A stretch of 64,000 nucleotides of DNA. Source: Minisyncoccota bacterium (GTDB lineage: Bacteria; Patescibacteriota; Minisyncoccia; UBA6257; JAAZHW01). A program made the translations under genes and the position numbers. The stretch spans positions 19,636-83,635 of the forward strand of contig DAONDV010000001.1 in NCBI GenBank assembly GCA_035402745.1. Reading direction: 5' to 3'. Every line of letters begins with the position of its first letter. Position 1 is the first letter of the stretch. Below, piece by piece: positions 1-7,100 of this stretch. The notes below the pieces were generated by a model that was given only the letters and a program-made list of their open reading frames with translations, did no database searches and had not been told where the DNA came from.

Positions 1-885
1 AATGGTTGTATTCCCCAAAATATTACCATCTTGTCTTGGTATAGCTTTTTGCTACAAGACGGTGTGAGACCATATCAAAAATCAGTAACACAAAAAGGTA
101 GAGTGAATTCGATTATTTTTAAAGATATTCCCATTCAGCTTCAAAGAATCAAAAAGAGTAATATTGATAAATATTTCTTTACGGAAGGAAATGATATTTT
201 TAGAGATAGGGTTTCAGATTTTGTTTGTTATGTGGATGATCGATCTAGTGGAGCAGTGATCAACAGATTGCAAAGGATATATGATTATATTTTTATAGAT
301 GAGGTTCAAGATTTTGCTGGATATGATTTAAATTTTTTAGAGAAATTATTCAATTCGTCTATTAATATCGTTGCCGTTGGAGATCCTCGCCAGGCCACAT
401 TGAGTACAAATAATTCTTTAAAAAATAAAAAATACAAAAAAACTTTCATTTTTGATTGGATAGCCCGAAAACAAACTGAGGGATTGGTTGTTATTGAAGA
501 GCGAAATGAGTGTTATAGGTGTAATCAGCATATTTGTGATTTTGGGGATTCTTTGTTTCCAAGCCTGCCGAAAACTATATCGAAAAACACAGATATAACC
601 GGTCATGATGGTATATTTTATCTTGAGAAAAAAGATGTGATTGCGTACGTTAATCAATATAAACCGACGATTCTTAGGTATAGTAAAAAAACCGATACAA
701 TGAATTTGAAGGCGGTTAATATTGGGCTGTCAAAGGGTAGGACATACGAACGAGTGGTTGTTTTTCCAACAAAACCAATGCTAATATATTTAAATACAAA
801 TGACATCTCAAAAGCTGGTGATATTTCTAAATTATATGTAGCAGTTACGCGCGCAAAATACAGTGTCGCTTTTGTTAAAAAATAA
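1..885 (+). CDS. SF1 (UvrD/Rep-like) DNA helicase, C-terminal portion; 5' end lies outside the window
   Basis: Frame is open back to position 1 with no in-frame stop upstream. Helicase motif II-like IFIDEVQD, motif III-like VGDPRQA and motif VI-like YVAVTRAK are visible in the translation. Confidence 0.55.
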   Translation, partial: NGCIPQNITILSWYSFLLQDGVRPYQKSVTQKGRVNSIIFKDIPIQLQRIKKSNIDKYFFTEGNDIFRDRVSDFVCYVDDRSSGAVINRLQRIYDYIFIDEVQDFAGYDLNFLEKLFNSSINIVAVGDPRQATLSTNNSLKNKKYKKTFIFDWIARKQTEGLVVIEERNECYRCNQHICDFGDSLFPSLPKTISKNTDITGHDGIFYLEKKDVIAYVNQYKPTILRYSKKTDTMNLKAVNIGLSKGRTYERVVVFPTKPMLIYLNTNDISKAGDISKLYVAVTRAKYSVAFVKK

Positions 886-980
886 ATAAAAATTATGTCC
901 GAATACTGTAATTCAAACAGAGACACTTCTTAGAATTATGACGGAAAAACTGGAAATTAGTCTAATTTAAAATCGGTTTT

Positions 981-1019
981 TTGCATTTGACATTAATGAT
1001 AGAAAATACTTAAATGCAA
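981..1019 (+). promoter_or_regulatory. candidate sigma70-type promoter (TTGACA, 17-nt spacer, TTAAAT) nested inside an 8-bp inverted repeat TTGCATTT...AAATGCAA
   Basis: -35 at 987-992, -10 at 1010-1015, inverted-repeat arms at 981-988 and 1012-1019. An AGGAGGTGG ribosome-binding site follows at 1042-1050. Confidence 0.3.
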
Positions 1020-1054
1020 TTAGATATTTTAAAACAAAATTAGGAGGTGGTTAT

Positions 1055-1768
1055 ATGCCATCAACGGGGCAGAAACATTTAATTATTGGCGCTGGGGAAA
1101 TCGGTAAGGCTCTTCAAAGAGTCTTGAAACCGCATGGAATTGTTGATATTCGGGACGTTAAATCTTCTGAGGAAGAGGATCGTTATTATGATGTGTTGCA
1201 TATTTGTTATCCCGCAATAAAGAAATTTGTTCAGGTAACGAAAAAATACATCAAACAATACAAGCCTCAATTGGTGATTATCCATTCTACTGTTGCTGTC
1301 GGCACTACCAGAAAGATAGCGCCTTTTGCTGTGCACAGCCCTGTTCGCGGAGTGCATCCGCATTTGGAAGAGGGAATCGGAACTTTCGTAAAATATTTTG
1401 GTGGTGAAAAATCCAAAGAAGCGGCAAAAATTTTTTCTGTTTTGGGTATCCTCGTGCAGGTTTTTCCGGAACCGGAAACTTGCGAGTTGTTGAAAATTTT
1501 GGATACCACTTATTACGGCTGGAATATTGTTTTTGCCAAGGAAGCGGAAAGAATCTGTCAGAAATTAAATTTGAAATTTGAAGATGTCTATGTTGATCCC
1601 AATATTTCATACAATGAAGGGTATAGGAAGTTGGGGAAGCCTAATGTTGTTCGTCCGGTTTTGGTCCCAATGGCGGGAAAAATCGGCGGGCATTGTGTCA
1701 TCCCGAATTGCAAACTTTTTCCTACTTGGTTGACGAGAATCATCAAGCGAAGGAACGAGCAGTATTGA
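1055..1768 (+). CDS. UDP-glucose/GDP-mannose dehydrogenase family protein, short form (NAD-binding Rossmann fold plus catalytic-Cys segment, no C-terminal UDP-binding domain)
   Basis: N-terminal LIIGAGEIGKAL Rossmann motif. The block ...TYYGWNIVFAKEAERICQKL...GKIGGHCVIPN resembles the UDPGDH central domain with its catalytic Cys (GGSCFPKD-like). Strong ribosome-binding site upstream. Confidence 0.55.
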   Translation: MPSTGQKHLIIGAGEIGKALQRVLKPHGIVDIRDVKSSEEEDRYYDVLHICYPAIKKFVQVTKKYIKQYKPQLVIIHSTVAVGTTRKIAPFAVHSPVRGVHPHLEEGIGTFVKYFGGEKSKEAAKIFSVLGILVQVFPEPETCELLKILDTTYYGWNIVFAKEAERICQKLNLKFEDVYVDPNISYNEGYRKLGKPNVVRPVLVPMAGKIGGHCVIPNCKLFPTWLTRIIKRRNEQY

Positions 1769-1772
1769 TTTA

Positions 1773-1808
1773 TCCGGCGTCTCAGAAAGAGACGCCGGAT
1801 TTTTATTT
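1773..1808 (+). terminator. rho-independent terminator
   Basis: Stem TCCGGCGTCTC / GAGACGCCGGA with an AGAAA loop, followed by TTTTTATTTG. Confidence 0.8.
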
Positions 1809-1885
1809 GTTGTTGCATAAATATTGATTTTGTGTTATAAGAATAGTAGCTGTTTTCATTAAAATATTATTTCAAAGGAGGAATA

Positions 1886-2188
1886 ATGATGAATGAGGAT
1901 TGTGAACTTTGTGGCTTGGTGAGCCGGCTGGATGTTGCGGGGCAAGCCGGCAGTACAATTATCTTTCGTAATGATCGTTTTTTGGTTATTTTCCATCCGG
2001 AAGAAGGGATAACGATTACTTCAAGAGCTCACAAGAATTTAACCATGAAAGATTTCGACGAAAGACGTAAGTTGTTGCAAGCCATAAAAATGGCCAGAGA
2101 ATCTCCGATTCTGGGGACCACGATCGTCCAATGCGACGAAAAAGCAAAACATTATTTTTATAAAATTATTCCTAAAACAAAAAAATGA
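1886..2188 (+). CDS. hypothetical protein (100 aa) with N-terminal CxxC
   Basis: AAAGGAGGAATA ribosome-binding site immediately upstream; bounded by terminators on both sides. Confidence 0.5.
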   Translation: MMNEDCELCGLVSRLDVAGQAGSTIIFRNDRFLVIFHPEEGITITSRAHKNLTMKDFDERRKLLQAIKMARESPILGTTIVQCDEKAKHYFYKIIPKTKK

Positions 2189-2194
2189 ACGCTA

Positions 2195-2232
2195 AAGACC
2201 AACCTTTCGGGGTTGGTCTTTAAATTTTTTTT
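2195..2232 (+). terminator. rho-independent terminator
   Basis: AAGACCAACC / GGTTGGTCTT stem followed by a T-run. Confidence 0.8.
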
Positions 2233-2259
2233 CTAATATGCTAATATATTTTCTGTAAT

Positions 2260-2333
2260 GCGCGCTTAGCTCAGTTGGTTAGAGCGACTCGTTTACACCG
2301 AGTAGGTCCAGGGTTCGAATCCTTGAGCGCGCA
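2260..2333 (+). tRNA. tRNA-Val (anticodon TAC)
   Basis: Cloverleaf readable: acceptor GCGCGCT/AGCGCGC, D-arm GCTCAGTTGGTTAGAGC, anticodon loop TTTACAC, T-loop GGTTCGAATCC. Confidence 0.85.
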
Positions 2334-2377
2334 CTTAGCTTGAAAAACAACGAATAATTACTTACAATAGTTTTATT

Positions 2378-2452
2378 GCCACAGTAGCTCAGTGGTAGAG
2401 CGAAGGTCTGAAGAACCTTGCGTCGGGGGTCCGATTCCCTCCTGTGGCACCA
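2378..2452 (+). tRNA. tRNA-Phe (anticodon GAA), CCA encoded
   Basis: Acceptor GCCACAG/CTGTGGC, anticodon stem AAGGT/ACCTT with loop CTGAAGA, 3' CCA present. Confidence 0.85.
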
Positions 2453-2453
2453 T

Positions 2454-2525
<72 letters not shown>

Positions 2526-2526
2526 C

Positions 2527-3576
2527 ATGAAAAAAAAGATTTTGGCAAGTATCTTTTTAACAGCTGTATTTTTTATTGCTGTTTTTTTATTTGTTAATTG
2601 GGAAAGCAGCAAAAATTCCAATGCGGATATTATTCCCAGCGTTACTCCACAGCCAACTCCTCAATCGGTATCAGTGTTATTTTTGGGTGACGTGATGCCT
2701 TCACGCGGAGTTGCTAATCAAATTGAAAAAAACAATGATTTATATTTTCCTTTTCAATATATTAAAGATGAATTATTGGATAACGACTTTGTTTTTGCCA
2801 ATTTAGAATCTCCGGTTATTGATGGGAAAAAGATTTATGCCGGAGAGATGGCTTTTCGAACTAATGAAAATATGATTTCCGTTTTGAAGGAAATGAATTT
2901 TTCCGTTGTTTCTTTAGCCAATAATCATATGTTAGATATGGGGCAAAAAGGATTGTTGAATACATTGAAAGTTTTGACGGAAAATAAAATACAATATGTC
3001 GGCGCCGGGGAAAATAATGAGAAGGCTCGTGAGCCAAAAATTATAGAAAAAAATGGAATTAAAATAGCCTTTCTTGCTTATAATGACGATGATGTAATTT
3101 TGGCGACAAATGAGGCTACGGAAGATAGGCCTGGCACTGTTTTTATGGATTTGGAGGGATTAAAAAAAGATGTAGCTAAGGCAAAATCTTTAGCTGATTT
3201 CGTTGTCGTGTCTATGCATAGCGGCAATGAATACCAGACAAATCCCAATCAAAGACAAATTAATTTTGCTCATACGGCTATTGATAGTGGAGCCGATTTG
3301 ATTATTGGTCATCACCCGCACATCATTCAGAAATATGAGCGATATGGAGATGGTTATATTTTTTATAGTTTAGGAAATTGTATTTTTGATCAAATGTGGT
3401 CAGAGGATACAAGAGAAGGCGCGATGATAAAAATAGTTTTTTCCAAAGAAAGAATTGAGGAAATGAAGGCAACTCCATTTTTGATTGAAAATTATAGCCA
3501 ACCGCGTATAATAGACAAAGAAGATAATTTGGAGTTATACCAAAAAATCATGAGTAAATTGGGCGAGATATTTTAA
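2527..3576 (+). CDS. CapA/PGA_cap family metallophosphatase (poly-gamma-glutamate capsule biosynthesis-like), membrane anchored
   Basis: N-terminal TM helix. CapA-type blocks LFLGDVMPSRG, FANLESP, SLANNHMLD, GHHPHIIQ. Confidence 0.75.
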   Translation: MKKKILASIFLTAVFFIAVFLFVNWESSKNSNADIIPSVTPQPTPQSVSVLFLGDVMPSRGVANQIEKNNDLYFPFQYIKDELLDNDFVFANLESPVIDGKKIYAGEMAFRTNENMISVLKEMNFSVVSLANNHMLDMGQKGLLNTLKVLTENKIQYVGAGENNEKAREPKIIEKNGIKIAFLAYNDDDVILATNEATEDRPGTVFMDLEGLKKDVAKAKSLADFVVVSMHSGNEYQTNPNQRQINFAHTAIDSGADLIIGHHPHIIQKYERYGDGYIFYSLGNCIFDQMWSEDTREGAMIKIVFSKERIEEMKATPFLIENYSQPRIIDKEDNLELYQKIMSKLGEIF

Positions 3577-3602
3577 GGTCGAGTTAATAAAATTTATAAA
3601 TT

Positions 3603-3848
3603 ATGTTTGATAAATTTAAACAATTGGCGCAAATGAAAAGTTTGCAGGACGAAATAAAAAATTCTCGAGTGGAATATGAGAAGCAGGGTGTTAAGGTTAT
3701 AATGAGAGGGGATTTCTTAGTGGAGGCAATTACTTTAAATCCCGAATTATCCAAAGAAGATCAAGAAAGAACTTTAAAAGAATGTTTGAATGAAGCTAAT
3801 CATAAAGCTCAGGCATTGGCGGCGCAGAAACTTTCCAGCTTGATGTAA
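3603..3848 (+). CDS. ybaB: YbaB/EbfC family nucleoid-associated protein (short)
   Basis: Sequence MFDKFKQLAQMKSLQDEIK...VKV...LNPEL resembles the YbaB N-terminus and core. Confidence 0.6.
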   Translation: MFDKFKQLAQMKSLQDEIKNSRVEYEKQGVKVIMRGDFLVEAITLNPELSKEDQERTLKECLNEANHKAQALAAQKLSSLM

Positions 3849-3920
3849 AATTGCTTTCTTTTTTGTTTTGACTATAATCAGAATTAGAAACTTAATTTTG
3901 ATAGATACGAGGAGGATTCA

Positions 3921-4241
3921 ATGGAGCTATCGGTAATATTGGGAGTTGTGATTTTGAGCATTCTTTTTGGGGTTTTGATAAATCGTTCCGGCAGAAGATT
4001 GATGAAGTATTATGTTTGGGGTAATTGTTTGGCAGTGCCTTGCCACAAAATTAGCATTTATTGTAAATTCTTTTGGTATAGCCTTTGGATCAGAAAGGAT
4101 GAATTTCATAAATCATTGCGTCTTGATTTAGAAACCATACTTTATGGGAGTAAAAAGTTTAAGCAGAAATATATGAAGAGTTTGAATCGCAGAAGGAAGA
4201 TAGCGCACGAAAGAGATACGGAAAGAAGGGCAAAAAAGTAA
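3921..4241 (+). CDS. hypothetical small protein (106 aa), N-terminal hydrophobic helix; coding status uncertain
   Basis: GAGGAGG ribosome-binding site 7 nt upstream. Unusual Cys/Trp/Lys-rich composition. Confidence 0.3.
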   Translation: MELSVILGVVILSILFGVLINRSGRRLMKYYVWGNCLAVPCHKISIYCKFFWYSLWIRKDEFHKSLRLDLETILYGSKKFKQKYMKSLNRRRKIAHERDTERRAKK

Positions 4242-4248
4242 AATATAA

Positions 4249-4274
4249 AGCCGTCCTGATTAGGACGGCTTTTC
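4249..4274 (+). terminator. rho-independent terminator
   Basis: AGCCGTCCT / AGGACGGCT stem with GATT loop, followed by TTTTC. Confidence 0.7.
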
Positions 4275-4315
4275 ACTTGCAAAAGTTTTGTTTTTGTTAT
4301 AATATAGAAATCAAT

Positions 4316-4738
4316 ATGTCAGTGAAACTCAATGAATTTAATAAAAAGCAATTAAAAGCGGAGATTCCCGATATTAAACCGGGAATGCAAATTCGCGTTT
4401 ATGAAAAGATTAAGGAAGGCGATAGAGATAGAATTCAAGCGTTTGAAGGCGTGGTTTTGGCAAGAAAACACGGTAAAGGTATTAATGCTACTATTACTGT
4501 GAGATCAGTAGTGGCTAGCGTAGGTGTAGAAAAGGTTTGGCCAATTCATTCTCCTAAAATATCTAAAATTGAGATTTTAAGAGTTCCAACCGTGCGCCGA
4601 GCCAAGCTTTATTTCTTGCGTGATTTGTCTCCTAAAAAGACTCGTAAGAAACTTTCTGTTTTCAAAAATATTATTGCTCCAAAAGCAGAGCCGGTTACTC
4701 CAGTAGTGGAAGAGGCTGAGAGTGAGGAAAAAGAATAG
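4316..4738 (+). CDS. rplS: 50S ribosomal protein L19 (with C-terminal Lys/Glu-rich extension)
   Basis: Sequence ...PDIKPGMQIRVYEKIKEGDRDRIQAFEGVVLARKHGKGINATITVR...RRAKLYFLRD matches the L19 consensus. Start taken at the internal ATG 4316 rather than the track start 4277. Confidence 0.85.
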   Translation: MSVKLNEFNKKQLKAEIPDIKPGMQIRVYEKIKEGDRDRIQAFEGVVLARKHGKGINATITVRSVVASVGVEKVWPIHSPKISKIEILRVPTVRRAKLYFLRDLSPKKTRKKLSVFKNIIAPKAEPVTPVVEEAESEEKE

Positions 4739-4752
4739 TGTTGATTATTTAG

Positions 4753-4790
4753 CCGCTCCGACATTTCTGTCGGAGCGGATTTAATTTTAC
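4753..4790 (+). terminator. rho-independent terminator
   Basis: CCGCTCCGACA / TGTCGGAGCGG stem followed by ATTTAATTTT. Confidence 0.75.
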
Positions 4791-4827
4791 TTGAAAGAAA
4801 AAAACACTCTGATATAATAAAAATGCT

Positions 4828-4911
4828 CGCCCAGATGGCGAAATTGGTACACGCACTACCTTGAGGTGGTAGCGCCCGCAAGGGCATGGAGGTTCGAATC
4901 CTCTTCTGGGC
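4828..4911 (+). tRNA. tRNA-Leu (anticodon GAG), long variable arm
   Basis: Acceptor GCCCAGA/TCTGGGC, anticodon stem CTACC/GGTAG with loop TTGAGGT, long variable arm, T-loop GGTTCGAATCC. Confidence 0.8.
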
Positions 4912-4932
4912 ACTTATTTTATTAATTTAATA

Positions 4933-6267
4933 ATGAAATCCATCAGCAAAAATATTTTTCGCGCTTATGATATTAGAGGGAAATATCCACAAGAGGTAAG
5001 TTCTGATTTGGCTTATCGTCTGGGGTATTTTTTTAAGAGTTTTTTAAAGCAATCCAAATTATTTAATAAAAATAAAGTGAGAGTTTTGGTAGGAGCGGAT
5101 TTGAGAAGCTCTAGCGAGTGTTTAAAGAGAAAATTAATTCAAGGATTGATTGACAGCGGAGTGGAGGTTTTTGATTTGGGCGTGAGTACTACCCCGATGT
5201 TTTATTTTGGGATTAAGAAAACCAAAGCGGATTTTGGAATTATGATTACCGCCTCGCATCTTTCCAAGGGGCATAATGGGTTTAAGATTTTTAATAAAAA
5301 TATTGAAGCTATCGGTGGAGAAAAATTGGGAAAATTCGTGAAAGTATTTGAGAAAGATATCGACGTCCATCCTTTGTTGGAAATGCGATTGGTTAAAATG
5401 GATCTTTTGGATGAATATGTTGATTTCTTGATTAAGCACTTTAATTTTCAAGCGGAAGAGCGGGATTTTTTGAAAAAAATAAAAATAGCCGTTAATGATC
5501 AATTTGGCATCGCCACCCCGATTTTTAAAAAATTATTTCCAAAATTGGATTTTTCTATAAAAATATTTAATGAAAAATCCAATGCGCAGTTTCACAAAAT
5601 TGTTGTAAAGTCTTTTAATCTGGGAGTTTATTTTGATGCGGATGGCGATAGGATTGTTTTTGTGAATGAAAAAGGATTAGTTGTTTCATCTGATGTAATC
5701 GGCCCAATATTGGCCGGATACTTTGCTCAATTCAATAAAAAGGCTAGAATAGTTATAGATGAAACAACGACTAAATTGGCTTCTGAGGTGATTACGGATG
5801 CTGGAGGGATGGTAGTTTATTCCAAAATTGGTCATAGTTATTTCAAAGTAAAGATGGCTGAAGTGAAAGCGATTTTTGGCTTGGAAAAATCCGGGCATTA
5901 TTATTTTAAAGATTTTTATTTTGCTGATTCCGGTATTTTCGCTTTTTTGGTTTTTTTGAAAGCGTTAGCTTTCTACGGAGCAGATTTTAATAATTTGCAG
6001 AATGATTTTAAAAAATATTTTATAGCTCCGGAGATTAATTTTTCGGCAGAAAATTATAAAGAAATAATAAATGCATTAAAAAAAGAATTTAGACGTTCAG
6101 TTAAAAAGATTTCCAATTTTGATGGTCTGTCTATGAATTTTGAAAATTGGAGATTTAATGTTAGATTATCAAATACGGAATCAATCGCAAGATTGAATTT
6201 AGAGGCGGATAGCGAAGTAGTATTGAAAGAAAAGTTGGCGTTTATAAAGAAATTAATAAAAAAATGA
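4933..6267 (+). CDS. phosphoglucomutase/phosphomannomutase family protein (alpha-D-phosphohexomutase)
   Basis: Ser-containing active-site loop ITASHLSKGHNGFK, metal-binding FDADGDR, sugar-binding GLEKSGHYYF. Confidence 0.75.
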   Translation: MKSISKNIFRAYDIRGKYPQEVSSDLAYRLGYFFKSFLKQSKLFNKNKVRVLVGADLRSSSECLKRKLIQGLIDSGVEVFDLGVSTTPMFYFGIKKTKADFGIMITASHLSKGHNGFKIFNKNIEAIGGEKLGKFVKVFEKDIDVHPLLEMRLVKMDLLDEYVDFLIKHFNFQAEERDFLKKIKIAVNDQFGIATPIFKKLFPKLDFSIKIFNEKSNAQFHKIVVKSFNLGVYFDADGDRIVFVNEKGLVVSSDVIGPILAGYFAQFNKKARIVIDETTTKLASEVITDAGGMVVYSKIGHSYFKVKMAEVKAIFGLEKSGHYYFKDFYFADSGIFAFLVFLKALAFYGADFNNLQNDFKKYFIAPEINFSAENYKEIINALKKEFRRSVKKISNFDGLSMNFENWRFNVRLSNTESIARLNLEADSEVVLKEKLAFIKKLIKK

Positions 6268-6605
6268 GTTTACAAAGAGTGAAACAAATTAATGAATTGA
6301 TTCAAAAGATTCTCGGGGGAATTTTTCAAAAAGAATGTCAGTTTCCCGATAATTCTTTGGTGACTATTTTGGCAGTTGAAACTTCGCCTGATCTTTTGTA
6401 TAGTAAAATTATCGTTAGCGTTTTTCCTTTAACTCAAGAAAAAGACGTCTTGCGATATTTGGAAGATAATGTTTTTCAAATACAGCAATTTTTGAATAAA
6501 AAATTGGCGATGCGTCCGATTCCCAAAATCCGTTTTGAAATAGATAGAACGGAATTCGAAGCGGAAAAGATTGAAAAATTATTAGAAGAAATAAAAGAAA
6601 AATAA
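6264..6605 (+). CDS. rbfA: ribosome-binding factor A
   Basis: ATGA overlap with the upstream stop. RbfA-like N-terminus (RVKQINELIQKIL) and LAMRPIPKIRFEID block. Confidence 0.75.
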   Translation: MSLQRVKQINELIQKILGGIFQKECQFPDNSLVTILAVETSPDLLYSKIIVSVFPLTQEKDVLRYLEDNVFQIQQFLNKKLAMRPIPKIRFEIDRTEFEAEKIEKLLEEIKEK

Positions 6606-6621
6606 AAACTTTTATTTTCGT

Positions 6622-6694
6622 GGCCACGTAGCCAAGCAGTAAGGCAACGGTCTGCAAAACCGTTATACGTGGGTGCAATTCCCGCCGTGGCCTC
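6622..6694 (+). tRNA. tRNA-Cys (anticodon GCA)
   Basis: Acceptor GGCCACG/CGTGGCC, anticodon stem ACGGT/ACCGT with loop CTGCAAA, T-stem GTGGG/CCCGC. Confidence 0.8.
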
Positions 6695-6744
6695 ATATTT
6701 GAAAAATTCTTTAAAATATATTATATTAAATTAAGTTAGTTTAT

Positions 6745-6830
6745 GCCCGGGTGGCGGAATGGCAGACGCGCACGACTCAAAATCGTGTGAGATTTATCTC
6801 ATGAGAGTTCGACTCTCTCCTCGGGCACCA
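6745..6830 (+). tRNA. tRNA-Leu (anticodon CAA), long variable arm, CCA encoded
   Basis: Acceptor GCCCGGG/CTCGGGC, anticodon stem CACGA/TCGTG with loop CTCAAAA, long variable arm, T-loop GTTCGACTC, terminal CCA. Confidence 0.8.
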
Positions 6831-7100
6831 TTTTTTTAAAAAATTAATTTTAGATTTAGTTTTTTTCAAAAAAAATCATATAAAAAATCATTTCATCGGT
6901 TTGGTGGGGTGATTTTTTTATTAAATATTCAAGTAATTACTCGTGTTTTGTGAAAATAGAAATTTTTTATACATTTCTTTGACATTTTTAGCAAAACTTC
7001 TTAAAAAAATTCATTATCCACAATTGAAAAAAGATTCTATTTGGCGTAAGATTACTTCTTAAATTAAAAAGTCTCAAAAAATATATTTTTTTAATTTTTT

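Noticed and set aside
3849-4276. Possible housekeeping RNA (RNase P, tmRNA, SRP) in the spacer before rplS
   Set aside because: None of the conserved strings of those RNAs are present. The region has a ribosome-binding site and an ORF (3921-4241), which was kept as a low-confidence CDS instead.
4609-4887. 92-aa minus-strand ORF
   Set aside because: Overlaps the rplS 3' end, its terminator and tRNA-Leu; antisense artefact.
6415-6696. 93-aa minus-strand ORF
   Set aside because: Covers rbfA 3' end and tRNA-Cys; antisense artefact.
6831-7100. Possible cobalamin riboswitch or NrdR box upstream of nrdJ
   Set aside because: The region is almost pure A/T with no GC-rich B12-box core and no recognisable 16-bp NrdR palindrome; only a weak promoter-like element is visible.
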